NCBI GenBank assembly: GCA_031441465.1
Contig: JANOEP010000049.1
Location: 1 to 64,000 of the forward strand
Source: a bacterium
GTDB taxonomy: Bacteria > Krumholzibacteriota > Krumholzibacteriia > LZORAL124-64-63
Reading direction: 5' to 3'
DNA: 64,000 nt
Under the pieces are notes generated by a model. It was not told where the DNA came from. It did not search any database and was given only the letters and a program-made list of their open reading frames with translations. Positions 11,895 through 21,049 of the stretch are shown here, in pieces (the first letter of the stretch is position 1; every line of letters starts with the position of its first letter). A program made the translations under genes and the position numbers.

Positions 11895-13724
11895 ATGTCG
11901 CTCCGTACCTGGCTGCAATGCTCGATCCTGGCGCTGGCCGTTCCCGCCTTTGCCGGCGATCCGCCGTCTGCGCCGGCCAGTTGGGGCGAGGCGCCGTTCC
12001 AACTGGCCGACGGCGCCGACCACCTCGAGTTGAACCACGGGTTGCTCGTCTTCGACCCCGGCGTCGGCGCCTGGCTGCCCCTGGCCCCCGGCGTGCCGAA
12101 CTTCGGCTACACGCACCAGGAGAGATGGCTCGCCTTCCGTGTCGCGCGCCGCAGCGCGGCGACGCGCGATCTCCTGCTCGCGGTCTCCTACCCCCTGCTG
12201 GACGAAATCGACCTTTATGTGGTGGGTGACGACAGGGCGGTTCTCGTCGCGCAGACCGGCGACCTCGAGAACTTCGGGCATCGCCCCCTCCCGCACCGCC
12301 ACTTCCTGCTCGCGATCGCGCCGCAGGCGGCCGCGGAAACGGCTTACCTGCTGCGCGTGCGCTCGAGCAGTTCGCTTCAGGTGCCCCTGGCGCTCTGGGA
12401 CTCCGGCCAGTACTTCCGGGCCGAGACCGATCGTTATGCCTTCTTCGGTCTCTTCTACGGCGCGATGCTGCTGGTCGTCCTGTACAACGCGGCGATGTTC
12501 GTCGCGCTCCGCGAGCGCGTGCACCTCGCGTTCGTGGTGCACACGGCTTCGTTCCTGGGCCTCATGGCCGCCCTGCAGGGTTTGGGCTACCAGTACCTGT
12601 GGCCGGGATGGCCCTGGCTGCAGGAGAGGGCGCCGGCCATCTTCGTGGCGGCGGCCGCCGGCAGCGCCTTCTGCTTCGCGGACGATCTGTTGGGCCTGCG
12701 TGAGCGCGCGCCCAGGTTTTCTCGCGTGTTCCGTGTCGGGGCGCTCGTCTGTCTCGCCAACCTGGTCGCGGCCTGCCTGTTTTCCTACGCGCACGTCATG
12801 CGGCCCCTGCTCGCGGTGGCCGTCTTGAGCTCCTGCGTCGTCGCCTGGGGAGGTCTCCACCAGTGGCGCCGCGGCGGTTGGGCCGCGCGCTGGTTCGTGG
12901 CGGCCTGGCTGACGTTCCTGCTCGGGACGGTGCTGATGATCGTCAGCAAGTTCGGCCTGCTGCCGCGCTCGTTCCTTTCCGAGAACGGGCCCCTGTTCGG
13001 GCTGGCGGGCGAAGCGGCGCTGCTGTCGCTCGCGCTGGCCGGTCGCTTCCGGGAACACAAACTCGCGCGGCGGGCCGCCCAGGCCGAGCTGTTGCGCATG
13101 CAGCAGGAGTCGAACCGCGTGCTCAAGCAGGAGGTCCAGCTGCGCACCTCCGAGCTGCAGAACATGATGCGCGAGCTGGCCCAGGCCAACGAGGAGCTGG
13201 AACTCAACAATCACTTCGACGGCCTGACAGGCCTCTGCAACCGGCGGGCGCTCGACGAGCGACTGGATCTGGAGTTCTCGCGGGCGCAGCGGGAGTGCGA
13301 GCCGATCTCCCTGGTCATGGTGGACATCGATCATTTCAAGAATTTCAACGACACGTACGGTCACCTGGTCGGTGACGATTGCCTGGTCGCCGTGGCCAAG
13401 GCAATCGAGGCGGCCGCCCGCCGCTCGACCGACTTCACCGCACGATTCGGCGGCGAGGAGTTCGTCGTGCTCGTCCCCGACGCGGCCCCCGGCAAGCTGG
13501 CCGCCATCGGCGAACGGGTGCGCCGAACCGTGGCCGACATGGTGTTCGAAGTCGACGGCCGCCGCGTCCCGGTGACCGTCAGCGTCGGCTGCGGCATGCT
13601 GCTGCCCGCGCCGAGCGACACGCCCGACGCCTTGATCCGACTCGCCGACGCGGCCCTCTACAAGGCCAAGGACGGCGGGCGCAACCGCGTCGAGACGGAG
13701 ATCCGGAATCCGGTCCTGGTCTGA
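11895..13724 (+). CDS. 7TM-DISM sensor diguanylate cyclase
   Basis: Signal peptide, DISMED2-like 'NFGYT...WL', seven TM helices, coiled coil, 'DIDHFKNFNDTYGHLVGD', RxxD I-site (RSTD) and GGEEF. Confidence 0.9.
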   Translation: MSLRTWLQCSILALAVPAFAGDPPSAPASWGEAPFQLADGADHLELNHGLLVFDPGVGAWLPLAPGVPNFGYTHQERWLAFRVARRSAATRDLLLAVSYPLLDEIDLYVVGDDRAVLVAQTGDLENFGHRPLPHRHFLLAIAPQAAAETAYLLRVRSSSSLQVPLALWDSGQYFRAETDRYAFFGLFYGAMLLVVLYNAAMFVALRERVHLAFVVHTASFLGLMAALQGLGYQYLWPGWPWLQERAPAIFVAAAAGSAFCFADDLLGLRERAPRFSRVFRVGALVCLANLVAACLFSYAHVMRPLLAVAVLSSCVVAWGGLHQWRRGGWAARWFVAAWLTFLLGTVLMIVSKFGLLPRSFLSENGPLFGLAGEAALLSLALAGRFREHKLARRAAQAELLRMQQESNRVLKQEVQLRTSELQNMMRELAQANEELELNNHFDGLTGLCNRRALDERLDLEFSRAQRECEPISLVMVDIDHFKNFNDTYGHLVGDDCLVAVAKAIEAAARRSTDFTARFGGEEFVVLVPDAAPGKLAAIGERVRRTVADMVFEVDGRRVPVTVSVGCGMLLPAPSDTPDALIRLADAALYKAKDGGRNRVETEIRNPVLV

Positions 13725-13770
13725 CGGCCGGCCGCGGGCGCCGGGCTGCGGCACGGCGCCCCGCGCGTCC

Positions 13771-15906
13771 CTACTTCCCGATTCCCGCCAGATCCAGCAG
13801 GAAGGCGTACTCCCGCGCCGTTTCGCGGTGACGCTGGAAGCGTCCCGATGCGCCGCCGTGGCCGGCTTCCAGGTTGGTGACCAGCAGCAGCCGGCGGTCG
13901 TCCGCCTTCAGGCGGCGCAGCTTGGCGACCCACTTCGCCGGCTCCCAGTATTGCACCTGGGAGTCGTGCAGCCCCGCGGTGACCAGCAGGTGGGGGCGGG
14001 GCACGGCCGCGACGTTGTCGTAGGGCGAGTAGGACAGCATGCAGCGGTAGGCCGCTTCGTCGTGGGGGTCGCCCCACTCGTCGTACTCGGCGGTGGTCAG
14101 GGGGATCGACTCGTCGAGCATGGTGGTGACCACGTCGACGAACGGCACCTGCGCCACGACGCCGGCGAACAGGTCGGGAGCCAAGTTGACCACCGCGCCC
14201 ACCAGCAGGCCGCCGGCGCTGCCGCCCATGGCGTACAACCGCCGCGGGTCGGCGTAGCCGGCCGCCACCAGAGCCCGGCCGCAGTCGATGAAGTCGTGGA
14301 AGGTGTTCAGCTTGTTCAGGAGCTTGCCGTCCTCGTACCAGAGGCGGCCCATCTCGTCCCCGCCGCGCACGTGCGCGATGGCGAAGCAGAAGCCGCGATC
14401 CAGGAGGCTCAGCCGCGCGGAATCGAAGTCGGGATCGGTGCTCGAACCGTAGGACCCGTAACCGTAGAGCAGCAGCGGGCGCGTGCCGTCCCGCGGGAAA
14501 TCGCGCCGGTGGACCAGGGTGACGGGCACGCGCGCGCCGTCGCGGGCCTCGATCATGAGGCGCTCGCAGGCGTAGTCGTCGGGGGAGAAGCCGCCGAGGA
14601 CCTCGTCCCGCTTCAGCAGGGTCTTGCGGCGCGTCTTCATGTCGTAGTCGTAGGTCGAGAACGGCGTGGTCGGGGACTCGTAGCCGAAACGCAGGACGTC
14701 GGTGTCGGCCTCGCGGTTCACGCCGACGGAGGCCACGTAGGCGGGCTCGCCGAAATCGAGGTCTTCCCAGTTCCCGTCAGCGCCGGGCCAGGGCTGCACC
14801 CGCAGCCGGGTCAGGCCATCGCGCCGCTCGCTCACGACCAGCCAGTCGCGGAACGGCTCGACTCCCTGCAGCAGCGTGTCCTCGCGGTGGGGGAGCAGTT
14901 CGCGCCAGCTTTCCTTGCCGGTGGCCGCCGCCGAAGCGGCCATCAGCCGGAAGTTGCGGGCCCGCCAGTTGGTGGTCACGAAGAACGTGTCGCCGAGGTG
15001 GTCGACGGAGTACTCGTGGTTCCGCTCGCGGGGCTGGAAGACGCGGAACGCATCGCGGGGGCGGTCGGCCGCCACGTAGCGGACTTCGGTGCTCACCGAC
15101 TGGTAGCAGCCGATCAGCACGTACCGGCGCGATTTCGTCTTGCCGACGCCGACGGAGAACGTCTCGTCGTCCTCCTGGTAGACCAGGGCGTCGCCGGTGG
15201 GATCCTTGCCCAGCGTGTGGCGCCAGACCTGGTAAGAGCGCAGGGTGCCGGGGTCCTTCTTGGTGTAGAAGAGGGTGCGGTCGTCCTCGGCCCAGACGTG
15301 GTTGCCGCTGGCGTTGGGGATGGCGTCGGGCAGGACCGCGCCCGTCGTCAGGTCCTTGAAGCGGATCGTGTAGAGGCGCCGCCCGACGGCGTCGTCGGCC
15401 CAGGCCAGGACGCCGCCGCCGGAGCTGACCGCGGTGTTGCGGGCCTGGAAGAAGGCGTGGCCTTCGGCCAGGACGTTGACGTCCAGCAGCACCTGCTCGG
15501 GCGCGTCCGGCGCGTCCGCCCGGCGGCAGAAGACCGGGTATTCCTGGCCCCGGGCGAAGCGCGCGTAGTACCAGTGGCCGCGGTCGAGGTAGGGAACGGT
15601 GTCGTCGTCCTTCTTGATGCGCCCGGTGATCTCCGCGAAGAGCGTCTCCTGCAGGGCGGCCGTGGGCGCCAGCACCGCGCCGGCGTAGGTGTTCTCGGCC
15701 TCGAGGTAGGCGATCACCGCGGGGTCCTCACGACGGTTGAGCCAGTAGTAGTCGTCGACGCGCTCGCCGCCGAACTCCCGGAACACGTGGGGTTCGACCC
15801 GTGCGACCGGCGGCGCGGGAGCGGTGACGGGGTCCGCAGCGGCGGCGAGGCCGCCGAGGCCGCAGCAAGCGGCGACGAACAGGAACCGCAGCAGGGGGGT
15901 GCGCAT
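13771..15906 (-). CDS. ptrB: oligopeptidase B (S9A) with signal peptide
   Basis: 'LYGYGSYG', nucleophile 'GGSAGG', 'HDSQVQYWEPAKWVA' and 'AGHGG'. Confidence 0.92.
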   Translation of the reverse strand: MRTPLLRFLFVAACCGLGGLAAAADPVTAPAPPVARVEPHVFREFGGERVDDYYWLNRREDPAVIAYLEAENTYAGAVLAPTAALQETLFAEITGRIKKDDDTVPYLDRGHWYYARFARGQEYPVFCRRADAPDAPEQVLLDVNVLAEGHAFFQARNTAVSSGGGVLAWADDAVGRRLYTIRFKDLTTGAVLPDAIPNASGNHVWAEDDRTLFYTKKDPGTLRSYQVWRHTLGKDPTGDALVYQEDDETFSVGVGKTKSRRYVLIGCYQSVSTEVRYVAADRPRDAFRVFQPRERNHEYSVDHLGDTFFVTTNWRARNFRLMAASAAATGKESWRELLPHREDTLLQGVEPFRDWLVVSERRDGLTRLRVQPWPGADGNWEDLDFGEPAYVASVGVNREADTDVLRFGYESPTTPFSTYDYDMKTRRKTLLKRDEVLGGFSPDDYACERLMIEARDGARVPVTLVHRRDFPRDGTRPLLLYGYGSYGSSTDPDFDSARLSLLDRGFCFAIAHVRGGDEMGRLWYEDGKLLNKLNTFHDFIDCGRALVAAGYADPRRLYAMGGSAGGLLVGAVVNLAPDLFAGVVAQVPFVDVVTTMLDESIPLTTAEYDEWGDPHDEAAYRCMLSYSPYDNVAAVPRPHLLVTAGLHDSQVQYWEPAKWVAKLRRLKADDRRLLLVTNLEAGHGGASGRFQRHRETAREYAFLLDLAGIGK

Positions 15907-16035
15907 GAGGGCCGCCTCTCGCCGGAGTGAAGCCGGGCCGGGATCGATGTCGGCGGTGTGTGGCTACGCAACCGCGCCTCGACAGTTGCGCGCCCGCCGC
16001 CTACACTGGCGCCGCACTCCAGCCGAGGCGGCGCC

Positions 16036-17214
16036 ATGTCCCGGAACGCCATGTTGACCGGTCTCGACGTCCTGGTCGAGCGCGACTTCGCGCCGTTGTG
16101 CGGTCGGCGCGTCGGCCTGCTCTGCCACCCCGCCTCGGTGGACCGCCGCCTGCGCCACGCCGCGCGCCTGCTGCACGAAGCCGACGGCGTGGACCTGCGC
16201 TGTCTGTTCGGCCCGCAGCACGGCCTGCGGGGCGAGACCCAGGACAACATGGTCGAATGGCGCGGCTTCACCGACCCGGTGACCGGCCTGCCGGCCTACT
16301 CCCTCTACGGCGAGCACCGCCGGCCCACCGCGGCGATGCTCGCGGACCTCGACCTGCTGGTGATCGACCTGCAGGACGTCGGCGCGCGCTACTACACCTT
16401 CATCTGGACCATGCTGCTGTGCCTCGAGGCGTGCGCCGATCAGGGCAAGTCGGTGCTGGTGCTCGACCGCCCGAACCCCCTGGGAAACGCCCGCGAGGGC
16501 AACGTCCTGGACCCCGCCTTCCGCTCCTTCGTCGGCCTCGAGCCGCTGCCCATGCGGCACGGCCTGACCGTCGGCGAACTGGCCCGGCTCTTCCGCCGAC
16601 GCCGCGGCCTGGACGTCGACCTCGAGGTGATCGGCTGCCGCGGCCTGGATCCCGGCGCCTGGTTCGACGAGACCGGCCTGCCCTGGGTCCTGCCGTCCCC
16701 GAACATGCCGACGCTGGACACCGCCGCGGTCTACCCCGGCATGTGCCTGCTTGAGGGCACCCAGATGTCGGAAGGGAGGGGCACGACGCGGCCCTTCGAG
16801 ATCTTCGGCGCGCCGTGGCTCGCGCCGGAGCGGCTCGCCGATCGCCTGGCCGGCGCCGACCTGCCGGGCGTCCGGCTGCGGCCGCTGCACTTCGAACCCG
16901 CTTTCCAGAAGCACCGGGGCCGGCTGTGCGGCGGCCTGCAGTTGCACGTGACCGACCGCCGTGCGTTCCGGCCCGTGCTGACCGCGGTCGCGGTGCTCTG
17001 CGCGGCGCGCGCCCTGTGGCCGGACGAATTCCGCTGGCAGGAGCCGCCGTACGAGTACGAGACGGTGAAGCCGCCGATCGACATCCTCGCCGGCGGCCGC
17101 GGGCTGCGCGAGGGCGTCGACGCCGGCGCCGACCCGCGCGACCTCGTCGGCGGCTGGGACCCGGAGTTGCGGCGCTTCGAGGCCGAATTCGAGGAGCTGC
17201 GCGGCGATGGCTGA
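16036..17214 (+). CDS. namZ: DUF1343 exo-beta-N-acetylmuramidase (NamZ/YbbC family)
   Basis: 'LFGPQHG', 'DLQDVGARYYTF', 'VLDRPNPLG', 'PSPNMP' and 'SEGRGTTRPFE'. Confidence 0.88.
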   Translation: MSRNAMLTGLDVLVERDFAPLCGRRVGLLCHPASVDRRLRHAARLLHEADGVDLRCLFGPQHGLRGETQDNMVEWRGFTDPVTGLPAYSLYGEHRRPTAAMLADLDLLVIDLQDVGARYYTFIWTMLLCLEACADQGKSVLVLDRPNPLGNAREGNVLDPAFRSFVGLEPLPMRHGLTVGELARLFRRRRGLDVDLEVIGCRGLDPGAWFDETGLPWVLPSPNMPTLDTAAVYPGMCLLEGTQMSEGRGTTRPFEIFGAPWLAPERLADRLAGADLPGVRLRPLHFEPAFQKHRGRLCGGLQLHVTDRRAFRPVLTAVAVLCAARALWPDEFRWQEPPYEYETVKPPIDILAGGRGLREGVDAGADPRDLVGGWDPELRRFEAEFEELRGDG

Positions 17215-18958
17215 GCGCGCGACCGGCGTCCGCGGCGCCATGATCCTGGCCGCGGGGCTCGGCACGCGCCTGCGGCCCCTGACCGACACGACCCCCAAGC
17301 CGCTGGTGCAGCTCGGCGGCCGCACGCTGCTGGCGCGGATCGCCGCGAGGCTGCACGGCGCCGGCGCGCGGCGCCTCGCCGTGAACGCCCACCACCTGCC
17401 GCAGTCGATCGCGCAGGCGTCGCACGCGCTGGTCGGATTCGACGAAGTCCGCGTCTTCACCGAGCCCGCCATCCTGGGCACCGCCGGCGGGATCGCGAAC
17501 GCGCGCGCGTTTTTCCGCGGTGAGCCCCACATCCTGCTGCACAACGGCGACGTCGAGGCCGACACCGACCTCGCCGCCCTCGTCGCCGACCATCTCGCGA
17601 CGGGAGCGGCCGCGACCCTGTTGCTCGCCGACTGGGCGCCCGTCAATTCCGTGCAACTGGGCGGCGACGGGATCGTGCGCGACATCGGCGACCGCGGTCA
17701 CGCCCCCGTGCGCGACGGCGACCGCTCCCTGACCTACACCGGCGTCGCGGTGCTCGCCGCGCGCTTCCTCGACGCCCTGCCCGACGGCCCGGGCGCCCTC
17801 ACCGACGCGCTGCGCTCCTGGATCGTGCGCGAGCCCGGGTCGGTGCGCGGCATCGCGCCGGCCGACCTGCGCTGGTCCGACCTGGGGACGCCCGGACGCT
17901 ACCTCGACGCGCTGCTCGCGCTGGACGACCCGGCCGACGCGGCCGCGGCCGCCGCCGCCGTCGCCGCGCTGCCGGTCGTGAAGTCGTGCGGCTGGGACGG
18001 GGCCGCCGTCACGCGACTGGCGCCCGAGGGTTCCGACCGCGGCTTCTGGCGCCTGCGCCGGGGCGCCGGGAGCGCCGTGCTCATGAAGGACCGCCCCCGC
18101 GATCCCGAGTTCGACCGCGCGGTGTCGGTCGCCGCCTTCCTACACGCGGAGGATCTCGGCGGCGCCGCGGTCCTCGGCGCCGACCGCGAGGACGGCGCCG
18201 CCCTGCTCGAAGACCTCGGCGACGACTCGCTGCACCGCCTCGCGCACGCTCCGGGCGCCGACCGCCTGGCCCTGTACGGCCCGGTCGTCGACCTGCTGGC
18301 GGCGTTGCAGTCGCGCGGCACCGCCCAGAGCGGCGCCTGCCCCGCGGCTTGCGACCGTGTCTTCGGGCGCGAGGACCTGCTGGCCGAGACCGCCTACTTC
18401 CGCCGCCGTTTCCTGCTGGAGGACCGCGGGCTGTCCGCATCGCAACTGGACGGCCTCGACGCCGAGTTCGCAGCGCTGGCCGACGCCGTGTCGGCGCAGC
18501 CGCGCGCCCTGATGCACCGCGACTTCCAATCGCGGAACATCCTGCTGCACGACGGCCGCGTGCGTCTGGTGGACGTGCAGGGGATGCGGCTCGGGCCCTG
18601 CGCCTACGACCTGATGTCCCTGCTGCGCGACGCCTATGTCGATCTCGGCGACGAGCTGCGCAGCGCGCTCCTGGACCGCTTCGCCAGGGCAAGCGCCGCC
18701 GCCGGCGGCCCGGCCCCGCGCCCGGCGGCGGAACTGCGCCGGGACGCGACCCTGGCCGGTCTGCAGCGCGTCCTGCAGGCCCTCGGGGCGTTCGCCTTCC
18801 TCTCGAACGTCAAGGGCAAAACGGCCTTCCGTAATCATATCCATCTGGCATGGAATCACTTACAGGACTTGCTGGCCGACTTGGAGCGCCTCCCGCCCCC
18901 CGCCCCCCGCATGGCGAAACTCCATCATGTCGTTGCAATAATCACTATTGATCAATAA
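17207..18958 (+). CDS. MurU-like nucleotidyltransferase fused to an AmgK-like anomeric sugar kinase
   Basis: N-terminal 'AMILAAGLGTRLRPLTDTTPKPL'; C-terminal 'GSDRGFWR', 'LLEDLGD', 'HRDFQSRNI', 'VDVQG' and 'YDLMSLLRD'. Confidence 0.85.
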   Translation: MAERATGVRGAMILAAGLGTRLRPLTDTTPKPLVQLGGRTLLARIAARLHGAGARRLAVNAHHLPQSIAQASHALVGFDEVRVFTEPAILGTAGGIANARAFFRGEPHILLHNGDVEADTDLAALVADHLATGAAATLLLADWAPVNSVQLGGDGIVRDIGDRGHAPVRDGDRSLTYTGVAVLAARFLDALPDGPGALTDALRSWIVREPGSVRGIAPADLRWSDLGTPGRYLDALLALDDPADAAAAAAAVAALPVVKSCGWDGAAVTRLAPEGSDRGFWRLRRGAGSAVLMKDRPRDPEFDRAVSVAAFLHAEDLGGAAVLGADREDGAALLEDLGDDSLHRLAHAPGADRLALYGPVVDLLAALQSRGTAQSGACPAACDRVFGREDLLAETAYFRRRFLLEDRGLSASQLDGLDAEFAALADAVSAQPRALMHRDFQSRNILLHDGRVRLVDVQGMRLGPCAYDLMSLLRDAYVDLGDELRSALLDRFARASAAAGGPAPRPAAELRRDATLAGLQRVLQALGAFAFLSNVKGKTAFRNHIHLAWNHLQDLLADLERLPPPAPRMAKLHHVVAIITIDQ

Positions 18959-18976
18959 TAATGACGATGGTATAAT
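18948..18976 (+). promoter_or_regulatory. sigma70-type promoter with extended -10
   Basis: TTGATC (18948-53), 17-nt spacer, TGgTATAAT (TATAAT at 18971-76) in an AT-rich patch upstream of CDS 19088. Confidence 0.7.
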
Positions 18977-19087
18977 TATTGACGTCGCGGCCGGGCAGGT
19001 AAGCCGGTCGCGCCCCTCACCGCCGGGATCGACCGTCGAGCCGGGCAGAGATGTTGGCATCGTGACGTCGCGAACCAGGAGACCGAC

Positions 19088-19642
19088 ATGACAACCTTGC
19101 GCCTGCTGCTGCTGTTCTGCCTGATCGCTGCCGTGCCCGCGCTGGCCGACCCCCTGGTCATCCCCCTGACCAATGTCGACGGCCAGTACGTCGCGCGGTT
19201 CGGCGAGAGTGCACGGTCCACCACCTTCACCCTCGCACCCGAAATCGGTGCGATCGACGACCTGTCGATCCACTGGACCGGCGAGGCCTTCAACGGCCAG
19301 CGTCGCGACGGCAACGGCAACCTCGTGGACTGGATCGCCGACTTGGTCGCGTTCGTGCCCGACCCCCACGGTGGGTTCCTGTGGGCCGTGGCGCAGCCGC
19401 TGACCGGCGCCTTCGACCTCAGCACGCCGTTCACCACCCTCGGCGGCAGCGCCGTGGCGAGCTGGGCGTTCCTGCTGGACGGTCCCGTCCAGGTCGGCCT
19501 GGCCCTGGTCGCGAGCCAGGACGACGACATGGAAATCGTGGCCTGGCCCGAGGCGCGCCTCGATGCGGCCGCGATCGAGGCCGGCACGTACGTCGGCAAC
19601 GAAGACGCCACCTGGGGGAGCGTGAAGGCTCTCTACCGATAG
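19088..19642 (+). CDS. secreted hypothetical protein with C-terminal TWGSVKALYR tail
   Basis: AGGAG RBS, signal peptide ending 'VPALA-D', C-terminus 'VGNEDATWGSVKALYR'. Confidence 0.75.
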   Translation: MTTLRLLLLFCLIAAVPALADPLVIPLTNVDGQYVARFGESARSTTFTLAPEIGAIDDLSIHWTGEAFNGQRRDGNGNLVDWIADLVAFVPDPHGGFLWAVAQPLTGAFDLSTPFTTLGGSAVASWAFLLDGPVQVGLALVASQDDDMEIVAWPEARLDAAAIEAGTYVGNEDATWGSVKALYR

Positions 19643-19758
19643 TTTTCCCAGCAGGTGAGGGGAAGCGGGGCGCCGGTCGCTGTGGGCCGGTGCCCTGTTT
19701 TTCGATTTGCTGCCGGGCGGCTCCGGCTTACTCTGGACCGACCCGAAGGGAGATCGTG

Positions 19759-21012
19759 ATGCACGACAGGATCCAGGTGGCGGTGGACTCGGAGATCGGC
19801 GGACTGGAGGCGGTGCTGCTGCACCGGCCGGGGCCCGAGATCGAGAACATGACACCGCAGAACGCCGAGCGCGCATTGTACAGCGACATCCTCAACCTGC
19901 CGGAAGCCTCGGCGGAGTACGCCGTGCTGGAGGGCGTGCTGGCCCGTTGCGCGCTGGTGCTGCACGTGGACGAGCTGCTGGCGGACGTGCTCGCGGACGA
20001 GACGGCGCGCGCCGCGCTGCTGCGCCGCATCTGCGCGCGGGAGAACGTCGACCGGCTCGAAAGCGCCCTGGCGGCGTTGCCCGCCGCGGAACTGGCGCGG
20101 CGCCTCGTCGAGGGCATCGCCCTGGAGCCGGCGTCGTTGACCGACTACCTGAGCGCCGAGCGCCACGCCCTGCGCCCCCTGCACAACCTGTTCTTCATGC
20201 GCGATACGGCGGCCGCGGTCGGCGACCGCGTCCTGGTCGGCCGCATGGCCAACGCGGTGCGCGAGCGCGAGGCGGTGATCCTCGAGGCGGTGCTGCGCTG
20301 CCACCCGTTGCTGCGCGCGCGCACCGTCGAACCGGACTCCCTGGTCGGTTCCGCCATGAAGCTGGAGGGCGGCGACGTGCTGGTCGCGCGCGAGGACCTG
20401 CTGATCTTCGGCCTCGGCCAGCGCACCTCGCCGCAGGCCGTCGATTTCGTCGTCGAACGCCTGCGCGAGACGCGCGGGCGCTTCGACGTGGTGGTCCAGG
20501 AACTGCCGGCCGCGCCGGAATCGTTCATCCACCTCGACATGGTCTTCACCATCCTGGATCGCGACGCCTGCCTGATCTACGAGCCGGTGATCACGGGGCC
20601 GACGCGCCTGCGCACGGTGCACCTGAGCGTCGAGGGGGGGCGCGTCGTGTCGATCCGCGAGGACGAGCACCTGCTGGACTGCCTGCGCCGGCTCGGCCTG
20701 GACCTCGAACCGGTGGCCTGCGGCGGCCACACCGACCCCTGGCTCCAGGAGCGCGAGCAGTGGCACTCCGGCACCAACAGCTTCGCGCTGGCGCCGGGGC
20801 GCGTGATCGTCTACGGCCGCAACGTCCACACGGTCGAGGAGCTGGACCGCCACGGCTTCGCCGTCATCGAGGCCCGCGACGTTGTCGACGGCCGCGTCGA
20901 TCCCGCCGCCTACCGGCGCTGCGCCATCGTGCTGCCCGGCTCGGAACTCCCCCGTGGCGGCGGCGGGCCGCGCTGCATGACGATGCCCCTGCGACGGGCG
21001 TCGGTTTCTTGA
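19759..21012 (+). CDS. arcA: arginine deiminase
   Basis: 'SEIGGLEAVLLHRPG', 'FFMRD', 'LEGGD', 'HLD' and 'GGGGPRCMTMPLRR'. Confidence 0.92.
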   Translation: MHDRIQVAVDSEIGGLEAVLLHRPGPEIENMTPQNAERALYSDILNLPEASAEYAVLEGVLARCALVLHVDELLADVLADETARAALLRRICARENVDRLESALAALPAAELARRLVEGIALEPASLTDYLSAERHALRPLHNLFFMRDTAAAVGDRVLVGRMANAVREREAVILEAVLRCHPLLRARTVEPDSLVGSAMKLEGGDVLVAREDLLIFGLGQRTSPQAVDFVVERLRETRGRFDVVVQELPAAPESFIHLDMVFTILDRDACLIYEPVITGPTRLRTVHLSVEGGRVVSIREDEHLLDCLRRLGLDLEPVACGGHTDPWLQEREQWHSGTNSFALAPGRVIVYGRNVHTVEELDRHGFAVIEARDVVDGRVDPAAYRRCAIVLPGSELPRGGGGPRCMTMPLRRASVS

Positions 21013-21049
21013 CCCATCACCCCCGCCGTCTTCATCGGCGACGGTGCGA

